From the IMG/VR virus record IMGVR_UViG_3300021400_000063: DNA of 64,000 bases; one strand, 5' to 3'. Under the pieces are notes generated by a model. It saw only the letters and a program-made list of their open reading frames with translations. It was not told the DNA's origin and ran no database searches. Of this stretch, positions 37,767 through 48,134 are shown piece after piece. Position numbers and translations under genes: made by a program. The stretch is from a virus. Taxonomy: Duplodnaviria; Caudoviricetes. Within the stretch, counting starts at the first letter, position 1. Every line of letters starts with the position of its first letter.

Positions 37767-38437
37767 TTATGATTACAGAATGGGATCAATATAATAATCC
37801 TAGTAAAGGAAGATACAGAGATCCTGAAATAGCATTACAGAATTTAAAAAATTCTGGAAATTGTGGTAATAAATATACACTTTCACCATTTGGTTTCATT
37901 GATGAAAAAGATAAATCTGGAAAAATTATTAAAAAGATAATTTTTCCTAAGGAATATGAAAAACGTTATTCTGAAACCGATGGTGAAAATTGGCAAGAAA
38001 TCTGTTATAATGCTTTACAATGTGCTGCTAATAGACATTTCTGGTTTTTATTAACACTTAAGCAAAAATATGATCTATGTAAGTTTCTTAAAAAACATAG
38101 AACTGATAAAATGTATAAAATGGCTAAAGCAAATTATACATTTGGAGATCTGTATTGTGATTTAGCAAGTTATCATTTTACTGAAGATAGTGATGAATTT
38201 ATTTCATACATTCTAAATGATGATGTTGAAAAAATAAAACAATATGCTTTTGCTAAATATGTTACATATGGAAAAGATTATTTTGTTTTGACTAGTATAG
38301 AAATGTGGTATGATTTTACATATGATAAAATTAAAGATAGATTAGTTATTGTTGATGTAGATGATAGACCGATTTATATACATGATGGACAGTATATAAT
38401 CAATTTTCAAGATCCATATGGACAAAAAGGGAGATAA
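37763..38437 (+). CDS. Hypothetical protein
   Basis: 224-aa ORF within operon. Confidence 0.7.
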   Translation: MIMITEWDQYNNPSKGRYRDPEIALQNLKNSGNCGNKYTLSPFGFIDEKDKSGKIIKKIIFPKEYEKRYSETDGENWQEICYNALQCAANRHFWFLLTLKQKYDLCKFLKKHRTDKMYKMAKANYTFGDLYCDLASYHFTEDSDEFISYILNDDVEKIKQYAFAKYVTYGKDYFVLTSIEMWYDFTYDKIKDRLVIVDVDDRPIYIHDGQYIINFQDPYGQKGR

Positions 38438-38439
38438 AC

Positions 38440-39273
38440 ATGACTATAACTTTAATCGATATTGTGATAATATTTGTTGTCACAATACTATTTAATTTCT
38501 TATTTGGAAATATTATAGATTCATTAAAATCTAAATTATTCCATAAAAAAGACAACTCTCCAGTTATAAGTGTAACTCCTGAAGAAAAAGAATCAGATAT
38601 GTCATTAATTTATGAAGCATTGGATATTTTTATTCTGAAAGAGTTACATAATTTTTCAACAAAAGATTTTACTTTTAGTAACGATTCAACTATAAAAGAA
38701 CTTTACAAAAACAATTACAGATCTTTGATTAATTGTTTATTAAGTCCAAATCAATTCATTGAAATTGAATTAACTACTGGAAAAGAATACAGATCATTTT
38801 TTAGTATTTTTGTTAATAAGATTTATTTAAATTATGTAGCAGAAACTTCTAAAAATATTAAATCTCTATTATTTAAGTATTATTCAGGTTATACTAAAGA
38901 AGATTATTTTAATGAAGATAAAAAAGTAAAACGTCCAGAACCATCATGTTTACCATTCATAATTAACTATGTGCGTAATTATCTATGGTGTCGATATGAG
39001 GAAAATGAAAATGCTGAACAAAAGCTTCTTGAAACAATTAGGGCTGGTCAGAATCCATTAGGAGCTGATACATATGAAAAAGCTCTTAAAAGATATGATG
39101 AAGCTTGTTGTCGAAAACTTACTTTAAATATATATCATGCTAATGATATTGTGGAAGTTTCGGCAAATAAACCTTCTACTAAGTTAGAAAGGATTAATAA
39201 TGTCGTGCCTAAAACAATAAGCGACTTTGGTCTTAAGACTACTACAGAAAAATTAAATGAAAAGAAAGAGTAG
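38440..39273 (+). CDS. N-terminally membrane-anchored hypothetical protein
   Basis: Hydrophobic N-terminus IVIIFVVTILFNFLFG; GGGAG SD. Confidence 0.75.
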   Translation: MTITLIDIVIIFVVTILFNFLFGNIIDSLKSKLFHKKDNSPVISVTPEEKESDMSLIYEALDIFILKELHNFSTKDFTFSNDSTIKELYKNNYRSLINCLLSPNQFIEIELTTGKEYRSFFSIFVNKIYLNYVAETSKNIKSLLFKYYSGYTKEDYFNEDKKVKRPEPSCLPFIINYVRNYLWCRYEENENAEQKLLETIRAGQNPLGADTYEKALKRYDEACCRKLTLNIYHANDIVEVSANKPSTKLERINNVVPKTISDFGLKTTTEKLNEKKE

Positions 39274-39286
39274 GAGGTAATTTAGA

Positions 39287-40816
39287 ATGAGTTTTCTTCT
39301 AAATACTGTTAACAAGGTGAATGATACTTTTGCAAAAGCAGGAAGTTTCAATTCTGAATTTGGTATGATGACAGGTATGACACCTATCGATATTCTGTCA
39401 TGTAACTTTGAACGTTCTTTCCTACATGATGAAACTATTCTTAATGGTGGGTTGTTTAACTTTCCATATACAGAATTAGGTTTGTCAGCATCTGGAAAAA
39501 CAACATTATGGTTGCAGTTGGTTGGTGCAGCTATCGATAACTGGTGTAAACTTTATGGACCAGTATCAGAAATGATTTTCTATAATGTAGAAGGTCATAC
39601 TACAACTAAACGTATTCAAGATGTAACTGGTTGGGATGATTGGCAGCTTCAGGAAAGATGTCGTATTATTTCTAAACCATGGTCAATCATTGAAATCTAT
39701 AATGATCTTGCCGTTTTGGCTAGAAATAAAATTGCACATAGAAAAGAATTGGAAATCAACACTGGTATAAAATCTATTACTGGTGATACAATTAAAGTAC
39801 TTCCAACAACTTATGCTCTTATCGACTCTATTGCTGCAGTTCGCTCTAAAACAGAACTTGAATTTGATAAAGAAGGAAATATTAAGAGTACAGATACAAT
39901 TGCAGGTACATCTAATATGGATGCTATGCAGATTGCTAAAGATAACACAATGTTTATTAATGAAGTTAAGAAACTTTGTGAGGAGGCAAAGATCTGTCTC
40001 ATAATGATTAACCATCTTGTAGAAATTCCAGTTCTTGATCGTTATAACCCACCAAAGCCACAGCTTCCTGGTATGAAATATAATCAGAAAGTTAAGGGTG
40101 GTACAGAATTACTTTATCAGTCATTCTGCGTTGGTCAGCTCTCAGTTAAAGAAAGATTATTTAATGAAAAAACAAAGATCTTTGGAGATGCTGTTCATGG
40201 TATCATTGCATTTATGGATTGGCTTAAAAATAAGAATGGTCCAGAAGGCGTAAGATATCCAATGGTATTTGATTCTGCTACAGGATACAAACCAGAACTT
40301 ACAGACTTTGAAATTCTTTATGAAGAAGGTCAGTGGGGTATTTCTGGTAATCCTATGGGTATGTATCTTGACATTCTTCCAGAAATCAAGTTTACACGTA
40401 AAACTCTTATGGATTTGTGTCATAAAGATCCAATTCTTGCAAGAGCTCTTAGCTTTACAACCCGTTTGTATCTGATAAGTAAAGTATTACTTCATCAGTT
40501 ACCTCCAGATATTAAAGCTCTTGGTGAACTTGATTTTGAAACACGTATCTATTTGATTCTCCATTATTCTATGGATTATCCAGGATACGAAAATCATGGT
40601 TGGATTGTTGATAGTGAATATTTTGAAATTCATGATATGGTAGCTAATGGTTTCGAAAGAGTTGAGAGATATACAAATACTCTTGGTGAAGACGAAATTG
40701 TGATGCTTACTGAATTCGACGAACCATATATTGATAACAAAGTGGAAATACCAGTTTATTCAACTAATGAAATAAAAGTTGGTGAAACCGAATATCTCTG
40801 TGGCGATAACTGGTAA
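39287..40816 (+). CDS. uvsX: UvsX/RecA-like recombinase, jumbo-phage type
   Basis: Walker A GLSASGKTT, Walker B ALIDS, MINH, KVKGG, LKNK; long C-terminal extension; terminator 40836-40865. Confidence 0.85.
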   Translation: MSFLLNTVNKVNDTFAKAGSFNSEFGMMTGMTPIDILSCNFERSFLHDETILNGGLFNFPYTELGLSASGKTTLWLQLVGAAIDNWCKLYGPVSEMIFYNVEGHTTTKRIQDVTGWDDWQLQERCRIISKPWSIIEIYNDLAVLARNKIAHRKELEINTGIKSITGDTIKVLPTTYALIDSIAAVRSKTELEFDKEGNIKSTDTIAGTSNMDAMQIAKDNTMFINEVKKLCEEAKICLIMINHLVEIPVLDRYNPPKPQLPGMKYNQKVKGGTELLYQSFCVGQLSVKERLFNEKTKIFGDAVHGIIAFMDWLKNKNGPEGVRYPMVFDSATGYKPELTDFEILYEEGQWGISGNPMGMYLDILPEIKFTRKTLMDLCHKDPILARALSFTTRLYLISKVLLHQLPPDIKALGELDFETRIYLILHYSMDYPGYENHGWIVDSEYFEIHDMVANGFERVERYTNTLGEDEIVMLTEFDEPYIDNKVEIPVYSTNEIKVGETEYLCGDNW

Positions 40817-40884
40817 TCAAATTATCAATTTATACAAAGGGAGTATCTCACTCCCTTTATTTTTTAAGTGGATATTATACAAAT

Positions 40885-41847
40885 ATGCATAAATATGATA
40901 ATGAATGTTTAGCTAATTCAATACAATTATTTATAAAACTTAATAATGGTAAACCTTTTGTTTCATTTGTATTTTGTTGTGAACTACAAATAGAATTAAT
41001 TAGATATCCATTGAATAAAGTTTGTAAAGATTTTGATAAATATTTTTTACAATGTGTTAATATATTGAATAAAGGAAAATTTTGTTCAAAATGTAATCAT
41101 TATAGTAAATATGACATGTCCGATCCTAAAGAATACATTGTAACAAATGGTACAAATTTTATTTGTACTCAAAAATGTACATTTTGTGGTTCATGTGATA
41201 ATGTTTCTAATCCTGAAGAATATACACGATATTCGAATAAATTACTAAATGCTATATCGAAAACAAAACATGTATTTAAAGTAGTCCCATCTTGTCAAGG
41301 TGAACCATTTGAAGATAAATATATTCGTAATGAATTTTTATTCAATTTACATAATTCGAATATCAGATATATTAGATTCTTAACTAATGCGGCACATGCA
41401 ACAAAAAGTTACATCGATAAACTTTCTAAATATTTTAAAGAAAATGGAATTGAATGTTCATTTTTAATAAATTGTGCAGGTTTTAATAAAGAAACTTATG
41501 AATCATATTGTACAAGTAAATTTGATTTTGTTAAAAATAATATCGAGAATTTATCAAATGTATTTGGTAAAGAAAATATAACTATTCTTTACATCATTAG
41601 TAAACATAATTATAAAATTAAAAAACCCGATGTTATAAAACAATTTAAAGAATCTTTTCCGTATTTAGATCCTTATAAGAATTTACAAATTATTATGGAT
41701 TGGAAAAGTTGGACTGATGAAGAACGTTTAAAATATAATGCAGAATTTAGAGACGAACCGGATAACTCTGAAGCTTATAACTTAAAACCATTGATAATAA
41801 ATAGTTATCAATTTAATATAAGAACACCATCACCTGTTGAGGAATAA
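40885..41847 (+). CDS. Radical SAM protein, paralog 1
   Basis: CTQKCTFC (CxxxCxxC), GEPF, FLTN, KETYE; extra N-terminal FCC...CSKC. Confidence 0.85.
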   Translation: MHKYDNECLANSIQLFIKLNNGKPFVSFVFCCELQIELIRYPLNKVCKDFDKYFLQCVNILNKGKFCSKCNHYSKYDMSDPKEYIVTNGTNFICTQKCTFCGSCDNVSNPEEYTRYSNKLLNAISKTKHVFKVVPSCQGEPFEDKYIRNEFLFNLHNSNIRYIRFLTNAAHATKSYIDKLSKYFKENGIECSFLINCAGFNKETYESYCTSKFDFVKNNIENLSNVFGKENITILYIISKHNYKIKKPDVIKQFKESFPYLDPYKNLQIIMDWKSWTDEERLKYNAEFRDEPDNSEAYNLKPLIINSYQFNIRTPSPVEE

Positions 41848-41850
41848 AAT

Positions 41851-42795
41851 ATGGAATATAATACTAAATTTAATTGTTACGGTCAAGTTATTGAGATCGA
41901 TTTTTTTACTAAAAATGATGAATTGTATATATTGTTCGATTTTTGTTGTAGATTGCAACGTAGATTGTTAATCTATCCAATTGATGAAGTTTGTAAAGAT
42001 TTCGATAAATATTATTTAAAAGCATTAAACATCGTAAAAGAAAAAAAAATATGTGAAAGATGTGAGATATATAATGGATTTAAATTGGATGATTATGTAG
42101 GTCTTAATTATGGATTAAATCTTGTTTGTTCACATAATTGTATATTTTGTGCTGCTAAAAGTCAACAAAATGAATTAAAAAATAAATTAAAGTTGTGTAA
42201 TAAATATAGTGAACAAGTTTTAAAAGCTATATTAAAAACTAAAGTTGTAAAAAGAATTTCACCATCTTGTCGAGGTGAACCATTTGAAAATCCATACATT
42301 CGTGATATTTTTTTATTTAATATTCATAAAACATCTATAAACAGTGTTACATTTTTAACAAATGGAATTAAATTAACAGATGTGAATTATTTAAATAAAT
42401 TACATGAATATTTTAATAAGCATAATATAGAATACACATTTATTATTAATTTATCAGGTTTTGATAAAGAAACTTATGAATCTTATTGTTCTGGAAAATT
42501 CGAAGTTATTAAACAAAATATAAAAACATTGGTTTCTGTATTTGGTAATGAACGAATTTTTGTTCATTATATTATAAGTGATTATAACAAACATTTATCT
42601 AAATCATTTGTAGATCAACAATTTAAACTTAATTTTCCAGATATTCCTATTCAACATTTAGAGTATATTATAGATTTTGTTTTAAGATGGGATGATACCG
42701 GTATGGATAAAGTAAAGAAAGAATATTTGACGGATGAATTATCAATATTTGATAATGCACCTATACCTATATCTATAAAAAATATAAATAATTAA
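41851..42795 (+). CDS. Radical SAM protein, paralog 2
   Basis: CSHNCIFC, GEPF, FLTNG, KETYE; extra N-terminal FCC...CERC. Confidence 0.85.
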   Translation: MEYNTKFNCYGQVIEIDFFTKNDELYILFDFCCRLQRRLLIYPIDEVCKDFDKYYLKALNIVKEKKICERCEIYNGFKLDDYVGLNYGLNLVCSHNCIFCAAKSQQNELKNKLKLCNKYSEQVLKAILKTKVVKRISPSCRGEPFENPYIRDIFLFNIHKTSINSVTFLTNGIKLTDVNYLNKLHEYFNKHNIEYTFIINLSGFDKETYESYCSGKFEVIKQNIKTLVSVFGNERIFVHYIISDYNKHLSKSFVDQQFKLNFPDIPIQHLEYIIDFVLRWDDTGMDKVKKEYLTDELSIFDNAPIPISIKNINN

Positions 42796-42849
42796 AAAAT
42801 GTATTATATATTAATATAAAAATTCGATTTATAATGGGAGAAACATCAT

Positions 42850-43158
42850 ATGAATGAAGTAAATGAAAAAACTGAATCAAAAGAAGTCGTTAAAGGAAAT
42901 AGTAACGATTTCGTAAAGAAAGCTGAAGCTGTCGATAAGAAGCCAGTTGCTAAACGTATTATTAAAACAATTAACAAAAAACCTGCTGCTAAAACTGAAA
43001 ATAAACCTGGTTCAGATAAAAAAGAACCACCTAAGGTTAAGAAGCCACTGACTCGTGCACAAATTGCTGAAAAGAAATATGGTGTAGAATCCACATGGCG
43101 TCCATTTGAAGCTTTCTTCAATAAACAGAAAGAAGAAACTGAAAAATCAAATAAGTAA
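42850..43158 (+). CDS. Lys-rich low-complexity protein
   Basis: KKP repeats; GGGAG SD; UUCG-loop terminator 43188-43219. Confidence 0.75.
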   Translation: MNEVNEKTESKEVVKGNSNDFVKKAEAVDKKPVAKRIIKTINKKPAAKTENKPGSDKKEPPKVKKPLTRAQIAEKKYGVESTWRPFEAFFNKQKEETEKSNK

Positions 43159-43262
43159 CCATAAATAATTAAAATATTATTTGTTAGCTGGATGATTTCG
43201 GTCATCCAGTTTACTTTTTATTTATATAATTATAAAACAATATCATAATGGAGGTTAATATT

Positions 43263-43490
43263 ATGTTTAATGCTAAACGTATTCGTAAACTAATGGTTAA
43301 ATCTAAACTTAGAAAGATTGAAAATTACATTGAAGAATGTGCTAAATCAGGTTGTGATTCTACATCTGTAAATACTCGTCTCAATATGCCATTCGAAATT
43401 GATGATAAAACGATTAAAGTCTTGCAATCAAAAGGATTTAAAATATCCCGTGATAAAAAACAATCTGATATTGTTACGATTTCATGGTAG
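43263..43490 (+). CDS. Small hypothetical protein (start revised to MFNAKR)
   Basis: GGAGG SD; LQSKGFKI...TISW resembles common small phage proteins. Confidence 0.7.
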   Translation: MFNAKRIRKLMVKSKLRKIENYIEECAKSGCDSTSVNTRLNMPFEIDDKTIKVLQSKGFKISRDKKQSDIVTISW

Positions 43491-43512
43491 ACAGAAATAG
43501 GAGGTCAAGAAA

Positions 43513-46095
43513 TTGAATAGTGCTAATATTACTGAAGAGGAAATGAAATATCTTATTGAGCAATATTCTGGCGAAAATATTAATAAAGTATTTTCAACAG
43601 GTTTGTTGTCTCATCCATTTCATGCAGCAGGACCACGACAACATATGTTTAGTGTCCATTATACACAACATTTGATGTTGGATAATCCTGAGAGTCCTAG
43701 AAACTTTACAGGTTGGGAAAAACAATTTGGTAAGTATCTTAACTCTTATATGAAAGCCGATAAGAATCTTGAAATTGTTGCAAAGATTAATCGACATTCA
43801 TCATTTCAGGATATGTCGTATGTTCTCGTCGTACGTGAGCAGGGTACAAAAAATTACGATGTTATTAAAGTTTCACATTATGAGAAACTTTCCGATCAAC
43901 ATGGTTTTCTTAGACCATTTTCTTATAACGATGCAAAAGGACCAGGTTCATATATTACAAAAGACGATGTAGTTTATAAAGCTAATTCTCTTGATGAATT
44001 TGGAAATTATCGTTATGGGATTAATGCAAAAGTAGCATTTATGTTAATTCCTGAAGTAAAAGAAGACTCAATTGTAGTTTCAGAATCTTTTGCTAAACGT
44101 GTTATGTTTCATACTGTAACCAAAACAGAATATGTTATTAATAAAAATGATGTTCTTCTCAACATTTATGGTAATAATCAGGAATATAAAGTTCTCCCTA
44201 TGGTAGGAGAATATGTAAACTCTAAAGGTATATTATTTGCTACTCGCAAAATGGATAAGAAAAATATATCTGCAGATTTTACAGATATGGCTTTACAGAC
44301 TCTTCATATCACTGATAATAAATTCGGTGCTTTTGGTCAGGTAGTCGATATCGATATTAAAGTAAATGATGTTGATGAACTTAATTCTGATCCACACAGA
44401 GAGCAGTTACAACAGATTTATAATGATCAGTTGCGTTATAATCAGGAAATTGTAAATGTATTACAGCCAATTGTAAATGATGAATCTAATCATATTACAG
44501 ATCGTTTGGAGCAGTGTCTTTTTAATGCAAGAAATTATATAACTCCAAATATTAAGTATTCTTCAAATACAGGTAACTTTGAATTTGCACATATTACAAT
44601 TTATACTGCTGAAGAGCAGCGTCTTACATCTGCTATGAAACTTACTAACAGATGTGGTGGAAAAGCCGTAATTGGTAAAGTATGGCCTGATGAATTTATG
44701 CCTATCGACAAGAATGGTGTACGTGCTGAAGTTATATGTTCTTCTGCAGGTCTTGTTGGACGAACAAATCCAGATCAGTTGTTTGATCAGACTATAAGTT
44801 ACATTTCTGATGAAATTCTTCGTAGAATGAAGAAACAGAAAACTATGGAAGATTCATATAAGCTGTATTTCGAATATCTCAAAGATATGAGCCCTGAATG
44901 GGGTCAGTATTGGCAGAAGTATTATAACAATATTCCTCATAGAGATAGAGAAGAACTTCTTAATAATCTTTATACATCTCCTTTAGGAATAATGATGTAC
45001 AATCCTCCAGCACACAATGCTATCGGATGGGAAATTCTTAAAAGAGTTGCAAGGAAGTATAAAATAAAAACTTCTAAAGTTAAGATGTGTAGAACTTATC
45101 ACGTTTCTCCAGAATTAGCAGCAATGTATGATTCAACAGAAAATATTGATACTGTAAAGGAAATTGCTGATAACTACGTATTCCAAACAGTTGATAAAGT
45201 TATCAAAACCAAAGATGGTAAGAAAACAAAAACAACTGTAAAACATGTTACAGATGAAGTTGGAATTTTACACATTAATGATAACAAAAACGTTCTTAAA
45301 CTTCCTAAAGATGTTTATAACGATAATAAATGGGTAGATGATTATGTTTGGACTGATGGTGAAATTGCTGAATCAGATATCGGTGATGAATCATTCGAAC
45401 CTGATGATTTAGTAAGTTACATTAATAATATTCAGGCATATGAATCTGAATGGAATTCAGAAGAATTCAAAGAAAACCAGCTTGATAAACACAATTCTTT
45501 CGATACTACTAAAGCTCGAGTATTCAAGAAAGATGATCATACATTGGTTCGTGAATTCACATCTCAGCATGAAATTATTATCGCTGATGTTTATATGATG
45601 GTTCTTAAACAGATGCCTGATGCTGCTTTCTCTGCACGTTCATTAGGTTCTGTTACTCCACTTGGACTTCCTAACAAATCTGTTAAGAAATCTGAAGTTG
45701 GTAGACCATTTGGTGATACTTGTAACCAGATGTCTGATATGGATAATAATGACCTTAAAAATCTTGTCGATCCAGAAAAGGTTAATAGATTCTATGCTGT
45801 ACAATCTACAAATTCACAATTAAGATCTGATATGGCTAGGTCATTAATGTTTGAAGATCCTACAAGACTTCATGATCTTCCTTTAGCTGATGATGAAGTA
45901 ACTGATAATATACCTGCAAAGATGTTGAATCAGTACTTATCAGCAATTAGCTTGGAAATCGGTGATACTGATGAACCTGATCCATATGAATTCTTGGATG
46001 ACGTTAAATATACATCATTACCAGATCTTATGAAGAAAGCTGGTGTTACAGTAGATAATAATCCATTTGTTAATCATCAGAAAATTCCTTCATAA
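43513..46095 (+). CDS. Phage RNA polymerase beta subunit, C-terminal part (phiKZ gp71-73-like nvRNAP)
   Basis: RQHMFSVH, YGINAKVA, EDSIVVSES, KLTNRCGGKAVI, GRTN, YMMVLKQ, FSARS; TTG start with AGGAGG SD; terminator 46103-46137. Confidence 0.88.
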   Translation: MNSANITEEEMKYLIEQYSGENINKVFSTGLLSHPFHAAGPRQHMFSVHYTQHLMLDNPESPRNFTGWEKQFGKYLNSYMKADKNLEIVAKINRHSSFQDMSYVLVVREQGTKNYDVIKVSHYEKLSDQHGFLRPFSYNDAKGPGSYITKDDVVYKANSLDEFGNYRYGINAKVAFMLIPEVKEDSIVVSESFAKRVMFHTVTKTEYVINKNDVLLNIYGNNQEYKVLPMVGEYVNSKGILFATRKMDKKNISADFTDMALQTLHITDNKFGAFGQVVDIDIKVNDVDELNSDPHREQLQQIYNDQLRYNQEIVNVLQPIVNDESNHITDRLEQCLFNARNYITPNIKYSSNTGNFEFAHITIYTAEEQRLTSAMKLTNRCGGKAVIGKVWPDEFMPIDKNGVRAEVICSSAGLVGRTNPDQLFDQTISYISDEILRRMKKQKTMEDSYKLYFEYLKDMSPEWGQYWQKYYNNIPHRDREELLNNLYTSPLGIMMYNPPAHNAIGWEILKRVARKYKIKTSKVKMCRTYHVSPELAAMYDSTENIDTVKEIADNYVFQTVDKVIKTKDGKKTKTTVKHVTDEVGILHINDNKNVLKLPKDVYNDNKWVDDYVWTDGEIAESDIGDESFEPDDLVSYINNIQAYESEWNSEEFKENQLDKHNSFDTTKARVFKKDDHTLVREFTSQHEIIIADVYMMVLKQMPDAAFSARSLGSVTPLGLPNKSVKKSEVGRPFGDTCNQMSDMDNNDLKNLVDPEKVNRFYAVQSTNSQLRSDMARSLMFEDPTRLHDLPLADDEVTDNIPAKMLNQYLSAISLEIGDTDEPDPYEFLDDVKYTSLPDLMKKAGVTVDNNPFVNHQKIPS

Positions 46096-46196
46096 ACCGA
46101 TTAAAAAAAGGATGAGTTTAAAAACTTATCCTTTTTTGATTAATATATTATACTAATAGAATACTAAAAATATTTTTATCATATAGGAGGAAAAAT

Positions 46197-47042
46197 ATGA
46201 TAAATCACGCTTTTTATAAAAAAGCATCGCCAGTTGTTAAAGACGCAACAAAACTCTATTTCAAAGGATTGGAACCATCATCTAAAATGGTTATTGATCG
46301 ATTTGAAGCACCTATTCAGACAATTAGACGTATTTTAGGTGATGATTTTTACGATTTTGAAAATTCGAAAGAAGATCTTATCAACCTTGAAATTACAGAT
46401 TCTGCTTCATTTAATATTGAAAGTATCAAGAATGATATAGCTTCGAATAATTTCAATCTGATGAATGATATTTCTGTATTTGTGGTTTCTATTTATGATA
46501 GATTTGCCAGAATGTATGGAAATAATGTCATTGGTAAAGATTTTGAAGAAGTTAAATTTAAAGTAGCTATTACAAGTCCTACAAAAGGTTTGATTTGTAA
46601 AGAATTGTCTATTAAAGATTTTGCTCCATTGTCTACATTTGATGATTCTGGAAATGTTACAGGATTTATTGGCAGCCATGAAATTATTGAATTGCAATCA
46701 GAACTTGATGCTGCTGATCAGGCTGCTAAGAAACTTCGTAACACTGGAGGCACAGCTACTAATGCTGCAGTTGAAACTATTACTAAGAAAATTCAGGATC
46801 TTAATGAAAAACTGATTTCTAAGTATATGGCTATCGTTGAAACATTCTTTAATCTTATTAAAGAATGGGGTGAAGTCGAAAAAACTTCTGATATTTTCGA
46901 TGCTACCTTCATCTTCAATCTTATCATTGTTGATGATAGTTCAACTGAAGAAAATAGAGAGTCAATTGTTGAAATGGACATTTGTTCACTTCATGATATT
47001 GCTCATAAACATCTTGTTGCACTGAAAACTAAATTTGATTAA
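46197..47042 (+). CDS. Hypothetical protein
   Basis: 281 aa, AGGAGG SD, TATATTAT upstream. Confidence 0.8.
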   Translation: MINHAFYKKASPVVKDATKLYFKGLEPSSKMVIDRFEAPIQTIRRILGDDFYDFENSKEDLINLEITDSASFNIESIKNDIASNNFNLMNDISVFVVSIYDRFARMYGNNVIGKDFEEVKFKVAITSPTKGLICKELSIKDFAPLSTFDDSGNVTGFIGSHEIIELQSELDAADQAAKKLRNTGGTATNAAVETITKKIQDLNEKLISKYMAIVETFFNLIKEWGEVEKTSDIFDATFIFNLIIVDDSSTEENRESIVEMDICSLHDIAHKHLVALKTKFD

Positions 47043-47068
47043 TCAAAACTAAAAAAGGAGGGGAATAA

Positions 47069-47305
47069 ATGGTTGATGGTGATTATTTCTTATTCGCTTT
47101 ATTAGTCGTTTATTGCGCTGTATCTTTATTTATATTTGCTGAAAAGTTAATATATTTTATCAGATGTATTTATGATTCTAATTTTAGGAAAAAACAACCT
47201 GCTTTATGGAAAAAAGCAACTATACAAGATATGATTTTATCAATCACATTTACATGGTTGCCAGTGCTTACCATCAAAGTAATTGTTGATAGTCTTAAAA
47301 GCTAG
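47069..47305 (+). CDS. Small two-TM membrane protein
   Basis: Two hydrophobic segments; AGGAGG SD; terminator 47327-47356. Confidence 0.7.
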   Translation: MVDGDYFLFALLVVYCAVSLFIFAEKLIYFIRCIYDSNFRKKQPALWKKATIQDMILSITFTWLPVLTIKVIVDSLKS

Positions 47306-47367
47306 CCGATTAATTAAACTAAACTTAGAGAGGGATTTAATCCCTCTCTTTTTTTTCTTTAAAGCTC

Positions 47368-47381
47368 GACATTTAAATATA
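47368..47381 (+). promoter_or_regulatory. Late-type promoter GACA-N6-TATA
   Basis: GACA tttaaa TATA. Confidence 0.6.
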
Positions 47382-47399
47382 AATTTTTGAGGTAGATTT

Positions 47400-48134
47400 A
47401 TGGCTAAATTAACTAATGTAACACCAGATTTACCAGCTACAACTAATAAAATGGTTAATATCATTTCTAAAGAAACCTCAAATGGAACTGTACAAGTTTG
47501 TATGGAAGATGCTCAATATTATTATCTTCCATTTGACAAATCACCATTAGATTTATCAGATTCTAAAATTCGTGAAAAATTTATTAAATCTGTTGAAAAT
47601 AGAGTTAGAAGATCTAAACTTTATAAAGCTTATGTAGCATATCTCAAAGTAGATTGTAAGTTAGATCGATGTTCTATTTTTGGAAATATTAAATCTGAAA
47701 AAGGTGATAAAACTAAAATAGAAATGCATCATGGACCAATTTTTACATTGTATGATTATGTTTCTATTGTACTTGAAAAACATTTGCGAGAAAACGCTAA
47801 TGATATAAACACATTTGATATTGCAGCTGAAGTATTAGATTTACATAGACGAAAACTGGTACAAACTGTAATGTTATCGGAGACTGCTCATAAATCCATG
47901 GATAATCCTAAAATAGCACCATTCTTGTCACTTGATATGACTTTTGGTGATCTAGTAGGTTTTATTAAAGAATATGGGCAATATTTCTCTCCAAAAAATA
48001 GATCTGATCTTAAGAATTATTTTATTCATTATCAGACTAATTTGGAAAATAATAAATTAAATGTATTTAAACCTGTATTCACTCAATACAATATTAAATA
48101 CGTAACTTCTAAAGCGGAGATACCGAATATATGA
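47400..48134 (+). CDS. HNH/His-Me-finger-like protein, paralog 2 (late operon)
   Basis: C...IEMHHGPIFTLYDYV...MLSETAHKSMD. Confidence 0.55.
   Translation: MAKLTNVTPDLPATTNKMVNIISKETSNGTVQVCMEDAQYYYLPFDKSPLDLSDSKIREKFIKSVENRVRRSKLYKAYVAYLKVDCKLDRCSIFGNIKSEKGDKTKIEMHHGPIFTLYDYVSIVLEKHLRENANDINTFDIAAEVLDLHRRKLVQTVMLSETAHKSMDNPKIAPFLSLDMTFGDLVGFIKEYGQYFSPKNRSDLKNYFIHYQTNLENNKLNVFKPVFTQYNIKYVTSKAEIPNI

Noticed and set aside
45085-45560. Intein in RNAP beta-C
   Set aside because: No terminal His-Asn followed by Cys/Ser/Thr and no LAGLIDADG blocks
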